Source: Rhizobium sp. Q54 (GTDB lineage: Bacteria > Pseudomonadota > Alphaproteobacteria > Rickettsiales > UBA1997). From it: a DNA stretch of 60,617 nt. Position 1 is the stretch's first letter; the number at the start of each line of letters is the position of its first letter. Of this stretch, positions 58,139 through 60,617 are shown piece after piece. A model generated the notes under the pieces. It saw only the letters and a list, made by a program, of their open reading frames with translations, was not told the origin of the DNA and made no database searches. The position numbers and the translations under genes were made by a program. The DNA is taken from contig CAMCMF010000004.1 of NCBI GenBank assembly GCA_945875865.1, positions 1 to 60,617 on the forward strand. The letters are read 5' to 3'.

Positions 58139-59272
58139 ATGCCTGAAGAAAAATTTGCAATTAGATTTGGTCTGGGAGCCCTTAAAGCTGTTGGCTTCAA
58201 CGTGATGGAAGTTGCGACAAAAGAACGTAAAGAAAATGGTGACTTCAAAGATGTTTACGATTTTGCTACGCGCTTAGATCCGAGATCAATCAACAAAAAA
58301 TCTATCGAAGCTCTCGCCAAATCTGGAGCTTTCGAAAGCATTTCTAAAAACCGCCGCCAAGTCGCAGAATCTTTTGACACCCTCTCCTCTTACGCCACTG
58401 AAAAAAGCAACGAAGCTTCTTCAAATCAAATGAGTCTTTTTGGTGGAATTGAAGAATTAAACAAAAAACCTGAGCTAAAAAAAGTTGAAGATTGGAACAA
58501 AATCGAACGCCTGAAAAAAGAATTCGAAGCCTTCGGATTTTTTTTAAATGAACACCCTGTCGATGATTTTTTATCCGACCTAAAAAAACGCGGCGTGATA
58601 TTTTCCGACAAGCTTGAGCGCGATGAATTAGAAGATAATAATTTAGTAAAAATGGTAGGAGTTGTTGCTGGAAGCAAGCACCGCTCTAGTGCTCGTGGCC
58701 GTTTCGCCTATCTAACCGTTTCCGATCCTTTTGGCATGTTTGAAGCGATGATTTTTGACGAAGCAATCATCACTAATACGCGAGATATTTTGGTTGATGG
58801 TAGCTCAGTTGCCCTCGAATGCTTGATTAAAAAAGATGATGGCGGCGTAAGAATTTTAGTGCGTTCGGTAAAAAAACTTGATGATTTTATTCGCGATACC
58901 AAGCCTGCTGCAAAAGATTTTGAAGATATTAAAAAACAAACACCGCGCTCAAATCGTTTCTCATCGAATCAACAAAATAACTATCAGCCAAGACAAAGCG
59001 AACCCAAAGAAGTTAAGATTGAAGAAGCGCCAAAACCGCTAAAAAATGTTTTTGCACAAGTAAAAATTTTCATCAGCAACCGCAATCAAATCTTCGGAAT
59101 AAAATCTTTTTTAGCTCAACGCCCTGCCCCAATTAATGCCGAAAAATTTACCAAAGTTTTTTTTGTAATTCAGGGACAAACTATCGAATTGCCAAATAAA
59201 TATTTTCTTGATGAGCTTGATTTAACCAAGCTGCGTCAAATCGAAGGCGGAATTAATGTTGAGAACATCTAA
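58139..59272 (+). CDS. dnaE: DNA polymerase III alpha, C-terminal part only (HhH, clamp-binding motif, OB fold, CTD)
   Basis: AIRFGLGALKAVG, FKDVYDF, NKKSIEALAKSGAF, QMSLF, E.EAFGFFLNEHP, OB fold; no PHP, palm or fingers. Confidence 0.88.
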   Translation: MPEEKFAIRFGLGALKAVGFNVMEVATKERKENGDFKDVYDFATRLDPRSINKKSIEALAKSGAFESISKNRRQVAESFDTLSSYATEKSNEASSNQMSLFGGIEELNKKPELKKVEDWNKIERLKKEFEAFGFFLNEHPVDDFLSDLKKRGVIFSDKLERDELEDNNLVKMVGVVAGSKHRSSARGRFAYLTVSDPFGMFEAMIFDEAIITNTRDILVDGSSVALECLIKKDDGGVRILVRSVKKLDDFIRDTKPAAKDFEDIKKQTPRSNRFSSNQQNNYQPRQSEPKEVKIEEAPKPLKNVFAQVKIFISNRNQIFGIKSFLAQRPAPINAEKFTKVFFVIQGQTIELPNKYFLDELDLTKLRQIEGGINVENI

Positions 59273-59378
59273 AGATTTTTGATTCGAGATTTTAACTTCT
59301 TGCAATTAGCTTTCAGCCTTCTTAGGTTGCGCGCCCTTCTTGTTTGCCGAGCGTCGCCTTGGTAAACTTCTAAATTAT

Positions 59379-59455
59379 CGCGGGGTAGAGCAGCCCGGTA
59401 GCTTGTCAGGCTCATAACCTGAAGGTCGTTGGTTCAAATCCAGCCCCCGCAACCA
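59379..59455 (+). tRNA. Initiator tRNA-fMet(CAT)
   Basis: CGCGGGG start with C1:A72 mismatch, TCAGG-CTCATAA-CCTGA, CCA. Confidence 0.96.
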
Positions 59456-59572
59456 TCTCCCACAGAGCTTCGGCTCATTTCACAAAAAATCTCAAATTCC
59501 TATTCGGCCTCGATTCGGCCTCGGCTGGTGTGTATTCGCATCTATTTCCATCTATAAGAATTGGATAAATTT

Positions 59573-60361
59573 TTATTTTTCTTCTATTGCTAAGACTTTA
59601 TTGTTCCACTCAGCGCCTAAGCTTGCTTCCAAAAATAGAGGAATTTTAACTTTAAAACCCAATTGCAACTTATGTGGTTTTATTTTGTTTCGGACAACTC
59701 CAAATACATTTCTTACTTTATTAAGAATATGCTCATCTTCTTTTAAATCATCATTCAACGAAACGTTATAACATAAGGATACCAAGTCTCCTGATAAATC
59801 ATCAGATAAGCTCAACTTATCGTAATTTTTTAATGAAAGAATTATTCTTTTTAGTAGATTTTGAAGATATAATTTATCTCCAAAACTTATTGTTTTTTCT
59901 TCAATACTTTTCATCAAATCAAGTATGTCTTTTATTAAGGCATCTACATCTTCTTTAGCTATATTCTCATCATCCATCCCCAAGCCTTGCGCAAAAGCTT
60001 GAAATAAAATAAAAGTAGTTTGATCTAAATATATTGGATAATTTTTTGGATCTTGATTGCACTCTGATAATGTTTGATAGAGTTTTCCTCTGCTAAGATT
60101 TATCGCTATCTCTAAAGTATTTTTTATGTTCGCTAGAACAGTAGTATCATGTTTTGTGTTTTGCGAAAGATAGACAAATGCAAATTTTACCTGATTTAAT
60201 AAGAGGGGGTAAATTGAGAACACTTCATCTTCGTTATCACACTCAAAGACCTCTTGAATAATATCAATTAACCTATGCTTGCCATTCTTACCTTTGCATG
60301 ATTCACGAAATTTTATAAAGAAGTTAAGTAGCTTTACGACCGGCATTCCATTATTACTCAT
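59573..60361 (-). CDS. AT-rich orphan protein, probable island cargo
   Basis: 262-aa ORF, visibly more AT-rich than core genes, just downstream of tRNA-fMet. Confidence 0.7.
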   Translation of the reverse strand: MSNNGMPVVKLLNFFIKFRESCKGKNGKHRLIDIIQEVFECDNEDEVFSIYPLLLNQVKFAFVYLSQNTKHDTTVLANIKNTLEIAINLSRGKLYQTLSECNQDPKNYPIYLDQTTFILFQAFAQGLGMDDENIAKEDVDALIKDILDLMKSIEEKTISFGDKLYLQNLLKRIILSLKNYDKLSLSDDLSGDLVSLCYNVSLNDDLKEDEHILNKVRNVFGVVRNKIKPHKLQLGFKVKIPLFLEASLGAEWNNKVLAIEEK

Positions 60362-60469
60362 AAAAAATTTAGATTTTCTTAAAAAACTTTTTCAAAAGGG
60401 TAAGTGAGATTAAGCACCTACCCTCAAACAATCATTAACCGATTAAAGCACCTGTGCATTCGGGTAATG

Positions 60470-60500
60470 TGAAGTGACCCCCTCAAGCCAGACAGAAATT
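60470..60500 (+). mobile_element. Possible IS3-family terminal inverted repeat
   Basis: TGAAGTGACCCCC...AGACA resembles IS3-family ends as recalled; no transposase inside window. Confidence 0.3.
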
Positions 60501-60617
60501 TCTGCCGGATAGAGTTCTTTTTTTAAAAAAGATGGAACAAATTCAGAAGTAATTTTTGGATAATTTCTAACTATTTTTAAGTTAAATTTACCCTAAAAAT
60601 CACCTCTAGAATTTGCT

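Noticed and set aside
58139-58260. Split-intein C-fragment at the start of the DnaE piece
   Set aside because: No VYD/HNF/N-C intein motifs; DnaE homology starts within a few residues

Overview
AT-rich alphaproteobacterial chromosome segment. The repeat types and gene set suggest an early-branching Rickettsiales-like organism (inference). About 55 CDS: housekeeping/metabolic genes with heavily scrambled operons (pgi, gltX, metK, pheS, ilvD, hutG, fmt, dapF, efp, pntB, kdsD, pyrE, metF, infA, topA, maeB, miaB, uppP), competence/pilus genes (pilB-like, dprA, comF, pilin-LamG), outer-membrane proteins and several large orphan proteins, plus three tRNAs (Cys, Leu, fMet). Main points: (1) a stand-alone, intein-free C-terminal third of DNA polymerase III alpha, suggesting a naturally split DnaE; (2) a CxxC/RAPP leader peptide plus a 12-bp hairpin positioned for translational control of a TonB-dependent uptake operon; (3) at least five families of non-autonomous palindromic elements (here called A-E) that show arm-to-arm compensatory changes, share loop motifs, nest in each other, shred a Bro-N gene, and add or replace protein sequence in DapF, Fmt and ComF; (4) a 23-bp inverted repeat giving two divergent genes the same MTYDLRL start; (5) a probable island boundary at tRNA-fMet. 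No transposase, CRISPR array or rRNA was seen. All protein calls come from motif recognition, not database searches.
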